Assembly (NCBI GenBank): GCA_964019425.1
Contig: OZ025783.1
Coordinates: 1,364,001 to 1,428,000 of the forward strand
DNA length: 64,000 nt
Source: Flectonema sp. DT1601
Lineage: Eukaryota
Direction: 5' to 3'
Below are positions 49,723 to 60,760 of this stretch, in pieces. The notes beneath the pieces are model-generated. The model worked only from the letters and a program-made list of their open reading frames with translations. It was not told where the DNA came from and ran no database searches. Position 1 is the first letter of the stretch, and every line of letters begins with the position of its first letter. A program made the translations under genes and the position numbers.

Positions 49723-51094
49723 ATGGGTTGCTTTAACTCAAAAGATAATGATTCAGAAAAGGACGATGGAGGTGATCGCAAGCGACAGAAAATAATAAAA
49801 TGGTCATACAACATGGTTGAAGATAAGACATGGACGAAACCAGAGAAAAATGAATTCAAAGCAAGATTTGAAGGAAGCACTGAAAAGATGCTTGAATTTC
49901 TCAATACAAAAGGAATGGAAAATGACATGAAGGTATTCTTACCAGGGGAACTCGATGGTTATGACATTACTATTGAAGATTGTACTAATTGTGATTTTTA
50001 TATTTTGGATATAACGTCGCAGGTATGCATAATATGATAATCATTGGGTTGCAATTAATCTAATTATTTCTTTGAAAAAAAAAAAAAAAAAAAAAAACAG
50101 ATTCAAGTTGATAATTGTATCGGCTGTCGTTTCTTTTGCTCACCCTGCTCTGGATCTGCCTTCTTCAGAGAATGTAAAGACTGTTCTATAGTTGCAGCCT
50201 GTGCACAACTTCGAATGCGAGACTGCACATCCTGCCGTATGATGATTTTTGTTCCAAGACAACTTACAATAGAAAGTTGTAACAAAACTGAAGTTGCTTG
50301 CTGGAAAGTAAGTTATTTCGGTTTGGCTGTTCAATTCGCTAGAGCACAACTGTCTGTATATGAGAATGGTTGGTATCACTCTCATGATTTCAATACGAAT
50401 TCAATGCCGAGAATTTTACCATCTTCCACTACCGTTGAAGACATAATGTCACGGTCAGATCGTGACTGGAAACCTCTTGACACGGTTGCGACTCACATAT
50501 CAGCACAAGAGTCGAATATCGATTTGGCTGTTCCACTCACTACAGGAGATAGAAGTTCTCTGGGTTGTTTTATCATTTTATCGAACGGATCTAACGAGGC
50601 GGCTTCGATCATATCGTCACACTTCTCGGTATGATTACTAATCTTTATTGTGTGTATCCTTTTGGTATTATTCATTGTTATAATATAAAACAGGGAGGTA
50701 AAGGTGGTGCCGCCCTTGGAGTAGCAGCAACCAAAGAAGTAATGCTGAGTGAAGCTGACTTGAAAGCGTATGTTGTTTTTTAGTGCACTGTGTTGTTTTA
50801 AAAAAAAAAAAAACTGAAAACAGACTTTTTCCTGGAAATACACTGAAATGTCCAAAACGAAGAGATGCGTACACTGCAGGACCGGTTATTGCGTTATTGC
50901 TGACAGGTGCGGCTGGGGCTGATGGGATCGTAAGGAGTTTATTACGTCCAACTGGCATCTGCATTCTTGGAGACGACGCTTCTGATCTCACTCCTGACAT
51001 CAAACTCGGTCAGGTTTACATTTGGAATGCAGAGAAGTGTGCTACTCCTTCTACACATGTTCTTGATAAAATAAGAGGAGACTTTGATGGGTAA
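49723..51094 (+). CDS. RP2: RP2/XRP2-like TBCC-domain protein; introns 50023-50100, 50629-50693, 50768-50823
   Basis: Acylation-type N-terminus MGCFNSK and TBCC beta-helix motifs (IEDCTNCDFYILD, QVDNC, ACAQLRMRDC, TIES). Three GTATG...CAG introns give one continuous frame. Confidence 0.8.
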
Positions 51095-51427
51095 TTATAT
51101 CCTATGTGAAGTTAATAGATTATTCTGGCCTTCAAATATTTTTTATCAGTTTCTATACTTTTTGTTACCTTTTCAATTAATTCTTAACCCTGTAGACTGT
51201 AGCATATTATTATTAAAAATATATCTTTCGACTGCAGTGTTTTATTATTTTCTTTTTTTGGAGACGGTGGAACATTTCTTCTTTCTCCCTTTCTACAGAT
51301 TTAATGTGTGGAGCCATTCGAATGTTAGAATTGGAAGGAAAAAAAAAAAAAACTAGCATTTATACCTATTCAGCGATAACGTTAACAGGAAAAAAAAAAA
51401 AAAAAAAGTTAGAATTAAAAGAGAAAA

Positions 51428-52678
51428 ATGAAAATGCAATATGGTCTTGTTGCATTCGCATGCTCTGCAGTAATGGTACTTCGTTGTTGTATGAAATCAG
51501 AAAAGGGAAGAAAAGCAATAATAAGCAACTCAAAGAGTAGACCTTCTCACCACGATGCTCTTATTGAATTACAGATGCTGGAGAAGATAATGGTGGGACA
51601 AACCGTAGCGACTACAACCTTCTTTAAAGGATCGATTCCAACTGAGTTTCTACAGGAGAGAGTAGCTGCTATTGTAGAGGCGAATCCTTGGTTGGCTGGA
51701 AGAATGGAAGACAGTTGTCGAGTGTCATTCCCCAGCACGTTGGGTGAGAGAGAAAGAGAACACTCTTTTTTCAAGACAGTAACACCACCTGAAGGAGTTA
51801 CAAATAAGACATCTCAACGTCGTCTTCTTAGCCTCCTTAAGAAATATATTTTGATTGAAGATGACTTTGGGTTCGGTTTGTTCTCTGTGGTGGCCTTCCC
51901 AACAGAAGGAGGTTTCATTCTTCTGACTACAATCTGTCACACGCTTGTTGACGCATGTGCGTTCTATCAGATTTATGCAATGCTCAATCCTGAGAATGAA
52001 ATCATCTCCTTAAACTCAAATAGAAAGGAAGACGAATGGGACGCAATGGTATACGGTCCCAAAGACTTCCCCTACGTGAAGTTTACATTAAACGGGATTA
52101 TCTGTAGCGTCTTAAAGGCTGTGTTCCCATGGGTACTACCAACAGAAGTCTGTGCAACATATAAAGTAGACCAGGAATACGTTGCATCACAGAAGAGAGA
52201 CTTTAAAGGTGAAGGGTTCATTTCAACAAATGATATTTTGAGTAGTTGGTGGTTTAGTAACTTTCCATTAAAAGCGTGTTCCTTCATTGCGTGTAATATG
52301 AGAGGGAAGGTTAAGGCTTTAGAGGATACTCTAGCTGGTAATTACATAGCAACTCTTCTACTGTTGACAGAGGAAGAAAGGACTGCGGGAGGTATTCGTT
52401 ATGCTCTTTCAAATTACCAAAACGTTGAGAGAGAGTTCAAAGATCCAGGAATGTGGTATTGGATAACAGAACCGATGTGTTTAACTACTAATTGGTCTTC
52501 ATTCTATTCGAAGCTTTCCTTCCCTAATTGTTGTGAAGAGTTTCACGCTCCACTTGTTTATGTCGATGGGGGAGACTTTTGTATCATCTTCAGATCCAGT
52601 GAAGAGGAACTTTGTATGTTTATGCAATCATCAGGTTCTGAACTTCCTACAGGCGGACCATTGGCACAGCAGCTTTAA
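51428..52678 (+). CDS. HXXXD-type CoA-dependent acyltransferase-like protein, copy 1
   Basis: NPWLAGR, CHTLVDA (HxxxD), ISTNDIL, NMRG...AGNY and TNWSSF, with a hydrophobic N-terminus. Confidence 0.75.
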   Translation: MKMQYGLVAFACSAVMVLRCCMKSEKGRKAIISNSKSRPSHHDALIELQMLEKIMVGQTVATTTFFKGSIPTEFLQERVAAIVEANPWLAGRMEDSCRVSFPSTLGEREREHSFFKTVTPPEGVTNKTSQRRLLSLLKKYILIEDDFGFGLFSVVAFPTEGGFILLTTICHTLVDACAFYQIYAMLNPENEIISLNSNRKEDEWDAMVYGPKDFPYVKFTLNGIICSVLKAVFPWVLPTEVCATYKVDQEYVASQKRDFKGEGFISTNDILSSWWFSNFPLKACSFIACNMRGKVKALEDTLAGNYIATLLLLTEEERTAGGIRYALSNYQNVEREFKDPGMWYWITEPMCLTTNWSSFYSKLSFPNCCEEFHAPLVYVDGGDFCIIFRSSEEELCMFMQSSGSELPTGGPLAQQL

Positions 52679-53465
52679 GTTACTTCGTCTCGACCAGGTT
52701 GTTTTTACCCTACTGATGGAGAGAGACCCCCTCGGGGCAGTGTATGTCGACAGCAATACGGGGTAGTACGAGAGGAACTCCCCTTTCTAGTCCCTGGTAT
52801 CTACGGTTGTCTGATCGGACAGTGCCCCTTGTAGGATGTAACTCTCTCTATTTGGGTAAATTCTTTCTTGTTTGTTTACTTTGATTCAACCTGATTATGA
52901 AATTCTACTCTCTCTTAACATAGTTGTTGTTTTTTTGTTTGACTGTTTCAACATCTCTTGGCACCGCAGCTATGTAGTGATTATAGCTTTCGATAGATTT
53001 TTTGAAATGGAAAAAAAAAAAACTGGAATGAAAGTCCTGAACTAACCCCAAGGACGGTGTTAAATGGAAACAGTGCGAGCTGTTTCTTTTAAACACCTTA
53101 ATATATTCTAGTTTTATATTTTGAATTTAGCATGCTATTTTATAGCAAACTTATATTCTAACTTATTTGCACTTAGTTGCAATTCTTTGAAAATGCAATA
53201 CGATTACGGCATTCGCTTGCTCGGCTTAGAGATTACATAAATCCCAAAAGGGAAGTACCATATGATAGTCATGTGTATTCTATGCGTTTCTGCTTGGATA
53301 AAAAATTGCATCTTTCTTTTCCCCTCATTTTTTTTTCCTTTTTTTTCTTCGGGAAGATAAATAGAAACTTCTTTCGTTGTCACTAAGGAATACACAGCAA
53401 ATTACCTATTCAGCTATAACGTTAACAGGAAAAAAAGAAAAAAAAGTTAGAATTAAAAGAGAAAA

Positions 53466-54716
53466 ATGAAAATGCAATATGGTCTTGTTGCATTCGCATG
53501 CTCTGCAGTAATGGTACTTCGTTGTTGTATGAAATCAGAAAAGGGAAGAAAAGCAATAATAAGCAACTCAAAGAGTAGACCGTCTCACCACGATGCTCTT
53601 ATTGAATTCCAGATGATGGAGAAGTTAATTGTGGGACAAACTGTAGCGACTACAACCTTCTTTAAAGGATCGATTCCAACTGAGTTTCTACAGGAGAGAG
53701 TAGCTGCTATTGTAGAGGCGAATCCTTGGTTGGCTGGAAGAATGGAAGACAGTTGTCGAGTGTCATTCCCCAGCACGTTGGGTGAGAGAGAAAGAGAACA
53801 CTCTTTTTTCAAGACAGTAACACCACCTGAAGGAGTTACAAATAAGACATCTCAACGTCGTCTTCTTAGCCTCCTTAAGAAATATGTTTTGATTGAAGAT
53901 GACTTTGGGTTCGGTTTGTTCTCTGTGGTGGCCTTCCCAACAGAAGGAGGTTTCATTCTTCTGACTACAATCTGTCACACGCTTGTTGACGCATGTGCGT
54001 TCTATCAGATTTATGCAATGCTCAATCCTGAGAATGAAATCATCTCCTTAAACTCAAATAGAAAGGAAGACGAATGGGACGCAATGGTATACGGTCCCAA
54101 AGACTTCCCCTACGTGAAGTTTACATTAAACGGGATTATCTGTAGCGTCTTAAAGGCTGTGTTCCCATGGGTACTACCAACAGACGTCTATGCAACATAT
54201 AAAGTAGACCAAGAATACGTTGCATCACAGAAGAGAAACTTTAAAGGTGAAGGGTTCATTTCAACAAATGATATTTTGAGTAGTTGGTGGTTTAGTAACT
54301 TTCCATTAAAAGCGTGTTCCTTCATTGTGTGTAATATGAGAGGGAAGGTTAAGGCTTTAGAGGATACTCTAGCTGGTAATTACATAGCAACTCTTCTACT
54401 GTTGACAGAGGAAGAAAGGACTGCGGGAGGTATTCGTTATGCTCTTTCAAATTACCAAAACGTTGAGAGAGAGTTCAAAGATCCAGGAATGTGGTATTGG
54501 ATAACAGAACCGATGTGTTTAACTACTAATTGGTCTTCATTCTATTCGAAGCTTTCCTTCCCTAATTGTTGTGAAGAGTTTCACGCTCCACTTGTTTACG
54601 TCGATGGGGGAGACTTTTGTATCATCTTCAGATCCAGTGAAGAGGAACTTTGTATGTTTATGCAATCATCAGGTTCTGAACTTCCTACAGGCGGACCATT
54701 GGCACAGCAGCTTTAA
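53466..54716 (+). CDS. HXXXD-type CoA-dependent acyltransferase-like protein, copy 2
   Basis: Near-identical 416-aa paralog of 51428-52678. Confidence 0.75.
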   Translation: MKMQYGLVAFACSAVMVLRCCMKSEKGRKAIISNSKSRPSHHDALIEFQMMEKLIVGQTVATTTFFKGSIPTEFLQERVAAIVEANPWLAGRMEDSCRVSFPSTLGEREREHSFFKTVTPPEGVTNKTSQRRLLSLLKKYVLIEDDFGFGLFSVVAFPTEGGFILLTTICHTLVDACAFYQIYAMLNPENEIISLNSNRKEDEWDAMVYGPKDFPYVKFTLNGIICSVLKAVFPWVLPTDVYATYKVDQEYVASQKRNFKGEGFISTNDILSSWWFSNFPLKACSFIVCNMRGKVKALEDTLAGNYIATLLLLTEEERTAGGIRYALSNYQNVEREFKDPGMWYWITEPMCLTTNWSSFYSKLSFPNCCEEFHAPLVYVDGGDFCIIFRSSEEELCMFMQSSGSELPTGGPLAQQL

Positions 54717-56352
54717 GTTACTTCGTCTCGACCAGGTTGTTTTTACCCTACTGATGGAGAGACCCCCTCGGGGCAGTGTATGTCGACAGCAATACGGGGT
54801 AGTACGAGAGGAACTCCTGTTTCTAGTCCCTGGTATCTACGGTTGTCTGATCGGACAGTGCCCTTTGTAGGATGTAACTCTCTCTGTTTGGGTAAATTCT
54901 TTCTTATTTGTTTACTTTGATTCAACTTGATTATAAAATTCTACTCTCTCTTAACATAGTTGTTGTTTTTTTTTTGTTTTGTTTTGTTTGACTGTTTCAA
55001 CATCTCTTGGCACCGCAGCTATGTAGTGATTATAGCTTTCGATAGATTTTTTGAAATGGAAAAAAAAAAAACTGGAATGAAAGTCCTGAACTAACCCCAA
55101 TGACGGTGTTAAATGGAAACAGTGCGAGCTGTTTCTTTTAAACACCTTAATATATTCTAGTTTTATATTTTGAATTTAGTATGCTATTTTATAGCAAACT
55201 TATATTCTAACTTATTTGCACTTAGTTGCAATTCTTTGAAAATGCAATACGATCACGGCATTCGCTTGCTCGGCTTAGAGATTACATAAATCCCAAAAGG
55301 GAAGTACCATATGATAGTCATGTGTATTCTATGCGTTTCTGCTTGGATAAAAAATTGCATCTTTCTTTTCCCCTCATTTTTTTTTTCTTTTCTTTCCCTT
55401 CCTTTCCTTTCCTTTCCTTTCCCTTTTTTTTTTTTTTTCTTCGGGAAGATAAATAGAAACTTCTTTCGTTGTCACTAAGGAATACACAGCAAATTAGTAT
55501 AGTCTCTTTTGACTCTGATCGTTGTCTCGACATACCTGCTTCACGAGGTTTGTTCTTGTTTCTACCCTTGCTCCCTCTTGGCCTCCCACCTCGTCCGAAC
55601 CATCTGGTTCCGGGGTTTTGGCTCCGTCTTTCCTCGACCTGGGTGTCTCCTTAGCGGAGTCCCTAGCGCCCTCCCCCTTCCGAGAAGTCTAGGACCCTCT
55701 GTATTGGATCCCCTTCTCTATTCTCTCGTTCCTCTCTTCTTGGGTGTCTTTCTCACTCTGCTGACGACCTCGTGGCCAATTCATTTCCTGTCACTTCTTG
55801 TCCGTCCCGATCTACCGGCTCCGGGCGTACTCCCGCGTCCGTGAACGAGGTCAAGGATTCTTTATGCCCCATGTGCATACCCCATCGTGTCGGGTGAGTC
55901 TCCCTTCGCCACCCGCTCCTTCCCTGCCCGACGCAGTTTGGGTACCACTCTTCTTGCACTTGTGTGGAGCCCGCTCCCTCGCGGTGCCCTCTTCTGGCAC
56001 CTGCTACTTTTTATTTGGAATCTTTATTTATTTATTTATAACAAGTTCACAAGATATATATACTGAAAATAAGATTCAAAAGTAGTCACTCTTTTATAAG
56101 ATTTTCCTGCCGTTTACTCAATAGTTCTTAAGCACACACTCCTTTCCCCCGCCGGTGTCTGTCCAAATTGGGCTTCCTCCTCGCAGAAGTAATCTGCACC
56201 TGTTTTACGATGTGGATACTTCTTTGTAGTGACCTAAATAAGTGTTATTATGCATGTTGATTTTTCTTACTTATATTTAATTCTTCTTTGTCAGGTGCAT
56301 ACAGTAATAGAAAGCTACTTACTTCTTAAAGAATAATAAAATATTCGTAATA

Positions 56353-57039
56353 TTGGAATCCAAACAAGTAGACAATAACATGGAAACACCGACTGAATCT
56401 ACAGAGCAATGCGATTCAGAAACTGATTGCGGTAAGGAACATGATCTCCTAACATGTATTAACTCTGAGTTAGAAGTACTTCTCTCTAGCCATTATGAAT
56501 CTCGTCTCATAGGTGAGCCTGGGGTGTTGGCTTTGGATAATCCTCTGTTTTTAGTTGGATCACTGTCAGTTGAGCATGATAAAATAAAAAGATTAATAAA
56601 AGAAATGATAACTAACGATGACATTCTAACCTTACCAACGACTAGATTTCTCAAAGAACTCCACAAGTATTGTATTATGGCGAGAGGGAGTGTTGGAATC
56701 AACGGAAAGAGGATTCCGCTATTCCTCATTGACGTCGTTTGTTTGATTCTACTTATCAGATACGATAGTTCTGAGGATCCTATTCAAAATAACGAAATTG
56801 AAGAAATATCATTTCCGGAAATATTTTTTAAATCACCTCATTGGAACTGCGACATGCTACTGATATCTAGACTTATCACGCTTGAATTACTAACTATAGA
56901 ACAGGTCATGGATGAAAATCCAGCTCCATGCCTCAGTAATTTGTTAATTAGGTTTGTTGAGACTGAAAAACTAAAAGGATCTCCCTCATCGCTGCTAAAT
57001 TGTTTTCGAGGAATAGCATGTTATCGAAATAGTTATTAG
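56353..57039 (+). CDS. Hypothetical protein (first ATG at 56380)
   Basis: A ~220-aa ORF with protein-like composition, preceded by a pyrimidine tract + CAG at about 56294. No family recognised. Confidence 0.5.
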   Translation: MESKQVDNNMETPTESTEQCDSETDCGKEHDLLTCINSELEVLLSSHYESRLIGEPGVLALDNPLFLVGSLSVEHDKIKRLIKEMITNDDILTLPTTRFLKELHKYCIMARGSVGINGKRIPLFLIDVVCLILLIRYDSSEDPIQNNEIEEISFPEIFFKSPHWNCDMLLISRLITLELLTIEQVMDENPAPCLSNLLIRFVETEKLKGSPSSLLNCFRGIACYRNSY

Positions 57040-57095
57040 AAACCATTATTATTTACACTTTTTCGGATGGTTTTTTTTTTTTTTTTTTTTTTTAA

Positions 57096-58806
57096 CCCTT
57101 TAATAAGAGGCCAAAAACCCTGTTTTTGAGAAAAATCGAAAAATTTGACAAACGGGAAAAGGGGTGTGGGGAAAAATACAAAAAAATTACAGGGTGAAAG
57201 ACACCCCCCCCCGCGCATTGAAAAAAAACTGAGGTCAGCCCGCAAGGGGGCCAAAATAACTTGAGAAAATGCAACAACAGCCTAAAAAAACACTGTTGCT
57301 TAGGACCCCTGGGTTCGCTTTGATTTTAGCAATGTTGTAGGAGTAGAGTGCTTCCGTTTCATGTTTTTCGGTGGGATATGATTGTGTGTGGCAAAGGTAT
57401 GGTTGTTGCAAACAGGGGCTGAATACTTGTCAATATTTTCGTGATATTGTTCGAAGCAGGGATCCATGCATAAGAAAACCTCGCTTTTTGAACAAGAAGT
57501 CGATGACCTTACTTTTTTTGAGAACAAATCCGTGAACTGCAGTCCCCAGAAATATCAAATTTTCGTAGGTAGTGACATTTTGTGTGAGTTTGGTGTGTTC
57601 CATGATCAATAAGTTGAGAACATGGATTTTTTTGAACTGAGCATATGTCCCGACGTCTTTTTCAGACTTCTTTTGGAGGGTGAAAACATTGAAGATAGAA
57701 ATCTCTAACAAGTAGTGAAAGACTTTCAGGGTCCAGCGTTTTGTCATCAGAGTTCTTCTTGCCTTCCCCCTGATACCGTCTACGAGGTCAACACCGCCCA
57801 TCAGTTTGTTGTACTGATGGATCTGTACCGGTAAGTCGATAGTCACTTTTTGATGGATTTCCTTATTTTAGTCAATCACGTGGCTGTCTCATAATTCTCC
57901 TCGAGAGGCAATGTGCTGAAGACATGTACTTCTTTTGGATTGCCCCTGAATTTATGTGATGCACATTGTGCTAGGACTGAAAGTACGAGGCAGAGAACTT
58001 CTCCACCCGTCCCTGGGCCTCCGCCTTATTGATCTCGGACCATTTGGGAACTATTGTTTCCCAAAAGCTGCGGATTTTGTAGAGCTTGTCAGCAGGTACG
58101 GGGTTGGTGACAGTGTAAAACTTTAGATTGGTTCGAATTTAGAGGAACCGATCTCAGGAAGCGAAGTGGGGTGTGTACGCTGGGTCTGATGTACCGTTCC
58201 TGTAATCTGAGATATTTGGTTTCTTACAGAGACCCACGAGGATATTGAGTCCTAAAGAGAGTTTGAGTTCAGCTACGTTAAGATTGAGTGCCTAGTTGTT
58301 GCTGCAGTGCGAAATCATCTCATCACCTTTGGGGTGAACCCAAGTTCAAATTTCTGCAGTTCCTTCATCAATTTCAGGTCTGACATGTTCTGCAAGGACC
58401 GTCGAAACGTGTGTCGTTTTACCTTGGTGATTTTCTTGCTCCATTTCAGAGGGGAAATGCTTGGCTCAATTGTACTCTCTTCATCGCTCGAAGAAGACTC
58501 AGGAGCACCCAAATCTGGGATAGGTGACCCCACTGAATCACTTTCGATGGAAATAGTTTTAGGGATTTTAATTTTTGGCTGAAAACATGGGATAGTCATG
58601 GCTAAGACTGTTCCCAGTGCAGAAAAAAAAAAAAATGAACTTTTTCTCAGAAAAAGCTGGTGATTTTTGCAGCACGATCCCACATAAAATTTGTCGTTTT
58701 TGGGCAGCTCTGGCTCCACCCTTGTACTCACAAGGTACATTTTTCCCCTTTGTCAAAAAAAAAAAAATGCGAAAGGCCACTATAGTGGCCTTCAGGGCTT
58801 AAAGGG
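57096..58806 (-). mobile_element. Decayed piggyBac-family DNA transposon
   Basis: TTAA flanks (57092-57095 and 58807-58810), inverted termini CCCTTTAA...TTAAAGGG and transposase remnants on the minus strand. Confidence 0.9.
57430..58608 (-). pseudogene. Fragmented piggyBac transposase
   Basis: P.QI.QYNKLMGGVDLVD...KRWTLKVFHYLLEISIFNVF in one frame, the Cys-rich tail CSKSEVFLCMDPCFEQYH in another frame, and an acidic N-terminal fragment. Too short and broken to be intact. Confidence 0.85.
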
Positions 58807-58899
58807 TTAAATTGTTTTTTTGATCGATTTTTGCATTTATTTCATACCACACTATTTCTCAGGAGGGGGGAAAAAAAACAAACAACAAAAAAAGAAAAA

Positions 58900-59943
58900 A
58901 TGTCAGCTGGAGGGGATGCACCACTCGTTGAAGAAACTCGCAAGTTAGGATCTATCGTTACCATAAGTAAGATTTATAATCACCCAAATGCTGATTCCCT
59001 CGCAATAGCAGAGGTTAGAGGATGGAAAGTAATCGTAAACAAAGATCGTGATGGCTATTCTGATGGAGACAAAGCCGTTTACGTTGAGATCGACACAATC
59101 GTACCTGAGGAAATATTAATCGGAAGAGCCGAACATAAAATTTTGAAAGAAAAAAAATTTCGAATCAAGTCTGCGAAAATCAGAGGTAGCCTCTCTCAGG
59201 GAATTCTCTTTCCTATGGAAATACTGCCAACAGGCGACTATTCTATAGGTGATGATGTGACTGACTTACTTGGCTTAACGAAATATGTTGATATATCACT
59301 GGACGTGAAATGCATTGGCAGGTTTCCTTCTTTTATTCCCAAGACTGACGCTCAACGGATTCAAAACTTAACTACTGCTGAGTTCGCGAATATTGAATTC
59401 TATGCAACTGAAAAGCTTGACGGGTCATCATTTACATGTCATCTAACTCCTGAGGGTGATTTTAATGTTTGTTCTCGAAATTTTATTGTCGCTCCAGGAA
59501 CCGATTTTGATGAAGTTGCAAAGGCCATGAATCTCAAAGATATACTAACTGAAGCAAAAGTATTCGACTTGGCACTTCAGGGAGAACTCATTGGGCCTAA
59601 GTTTCAAAACAACAGGTACGCTTTGAAGACTCCGACTGTTGTTTTTTTCAACGTTTTTGATATAAAAAAACAACGAAACCTCTCAAAAAAAGAAAGCATG
59701 GCTTTGATTCAGTCTCTCCGACTATCTTACGTTCCCGTAATAATCGAATCGATAATTTTTTCCAAAGACGACACCGTTGATTCTATTCTCGCAAAAGCAG
59801 AGGGATTCTCCGTATTAAATAAAAAAGCCCAGCGAGAAGGACTCGTTTTCAAGTCCACCGACGTAGTAGAGAGAGAGGGATTCTTACCTACCACCGTCTC
59901 TTTTAAAAGCATATCCAATAAGTATTTGTTAAAATATGACTAA
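58900..59943 (+). CDS. ATP-dependent RNA ligase, DRB0094/Rnl2-like family
   Basis: N-terminal HPNADSL...GWKVIV...YVEID...RGSLSQG module, FPSFIPKTD.QRIQN, motif I TEKLDGSS, QGELIGP, FNVFD, REGLVFK and FKSISNKYLLK. Confidence 0.9.
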   Translation: MSAGGDAPLVEETRKLGSIVTISKIYNHPNADSLAIAEVRGWKVIVNKDRDGYSDGDKAVYVEIDTIVPEEILIGRAEHKILKEKKFRIKSAKIRGSLSQGILFPMEILPTGDYSIGDDVTDLLGLTKYVDISLDVKCIGRFPSFIPKTDAQRIQNLTTAEFANIEFYATEKLDGSSFTCHLTPEGDFNVCSRNFIVAPGTDFDEVAKAMNLKDILTEAKVFDLALQGELIGPKFQNNRYALKTPTVVFFNVFDIKKQRNLSKKESMALIQSLRLSYVPVIIESIIFSKDDTVDSILAKAEGFSVLNKKAQREGLVFKSTDVVEREGFLPTTVSFKSISNKYLLKYD

Positions 59944-60760
59944 GGTTAACTCCTTATTACACGTTCTCTCTTCATGAGGCGCATTATATCTGCGACCATT
60001 TCCCTCTTCTCTTCTCTTCTCTTTTTTTTTTTGGAATAAATTGGAGAAAAAAAAAGAACAAAGTGTTTGACGCCAATCAACTAGCTGCACAAAATCTTAT
60101 TGTTATTAGTATGTGTGGATATAGAAATATGCGAAAGCTTTCCTCTCACTGATGATATTTATTTAGCGGTCAAGGGTCGGAAAACGTCCGTTTTTTTTTT
60201 TTTTTTTTTTTTAAAATTAATATCTAGCCTATCGAAGTCCCAGAAAGCTATGTTACCTTCGTTTAAATATTTCCTTTTTTTTTAAACAGTAAGTTACTGA
60301 TTAACAAAAAAAAATCCATAAGAACCGGGAGATACAGTTAGCTTGTGAGTTAGTTGGATGAAGCGACTTCCTGAAAAGAAATGTTATATTCTGCCTTACA
60401 GCCAACACAAAAATGACATCGAAACGGAGCAGCAAAAAGTTATTCGCAGCGCCGCCTTCAATCTCAGGTGGTGAGACGTATGAACAGACTGACAAGAATA
60501 ATAAAAATATTTATAAAGCGGAAAAGAAAGAAGCTCCTAAAATTGGTAAAAGTAAAAAGAATCTATTTGGTAATGTTGCGGATGACTTCTAAACGTGAAC
60601 AGTGACGTCTCATCGGAGTCTGTACAGTGTTACCTTTTCGTGTGTTTTTGTAATCCCTAACCTCCTCTATTTGTTGAATTTCTATTGAAACAGTTTTTGT
60701 TTTAATTAATATTTTAAAGAAAATATAAATATCTTCCTCTTCCGCAGTAAGCATATCAAG

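Larger units (their letters stand above)
51363..55496 (+). repeat. Head-to-tail tandem duplication, unit about 2.04-2.09 kb
   Basis: TACCTATTCAGC starts the units at 51363 and 53403. GGAATACACAGCAAATTA ends them at about 53404 and 55496. Confidence 0.95.

Noticed and set aside
4048..59943. Kinase fusion plus RNA ligase as a linked RNA-repair cluster
   Set aside because: The genes are 53 kb apart among unrelated genes, so proximity gives no evidence of shared function.
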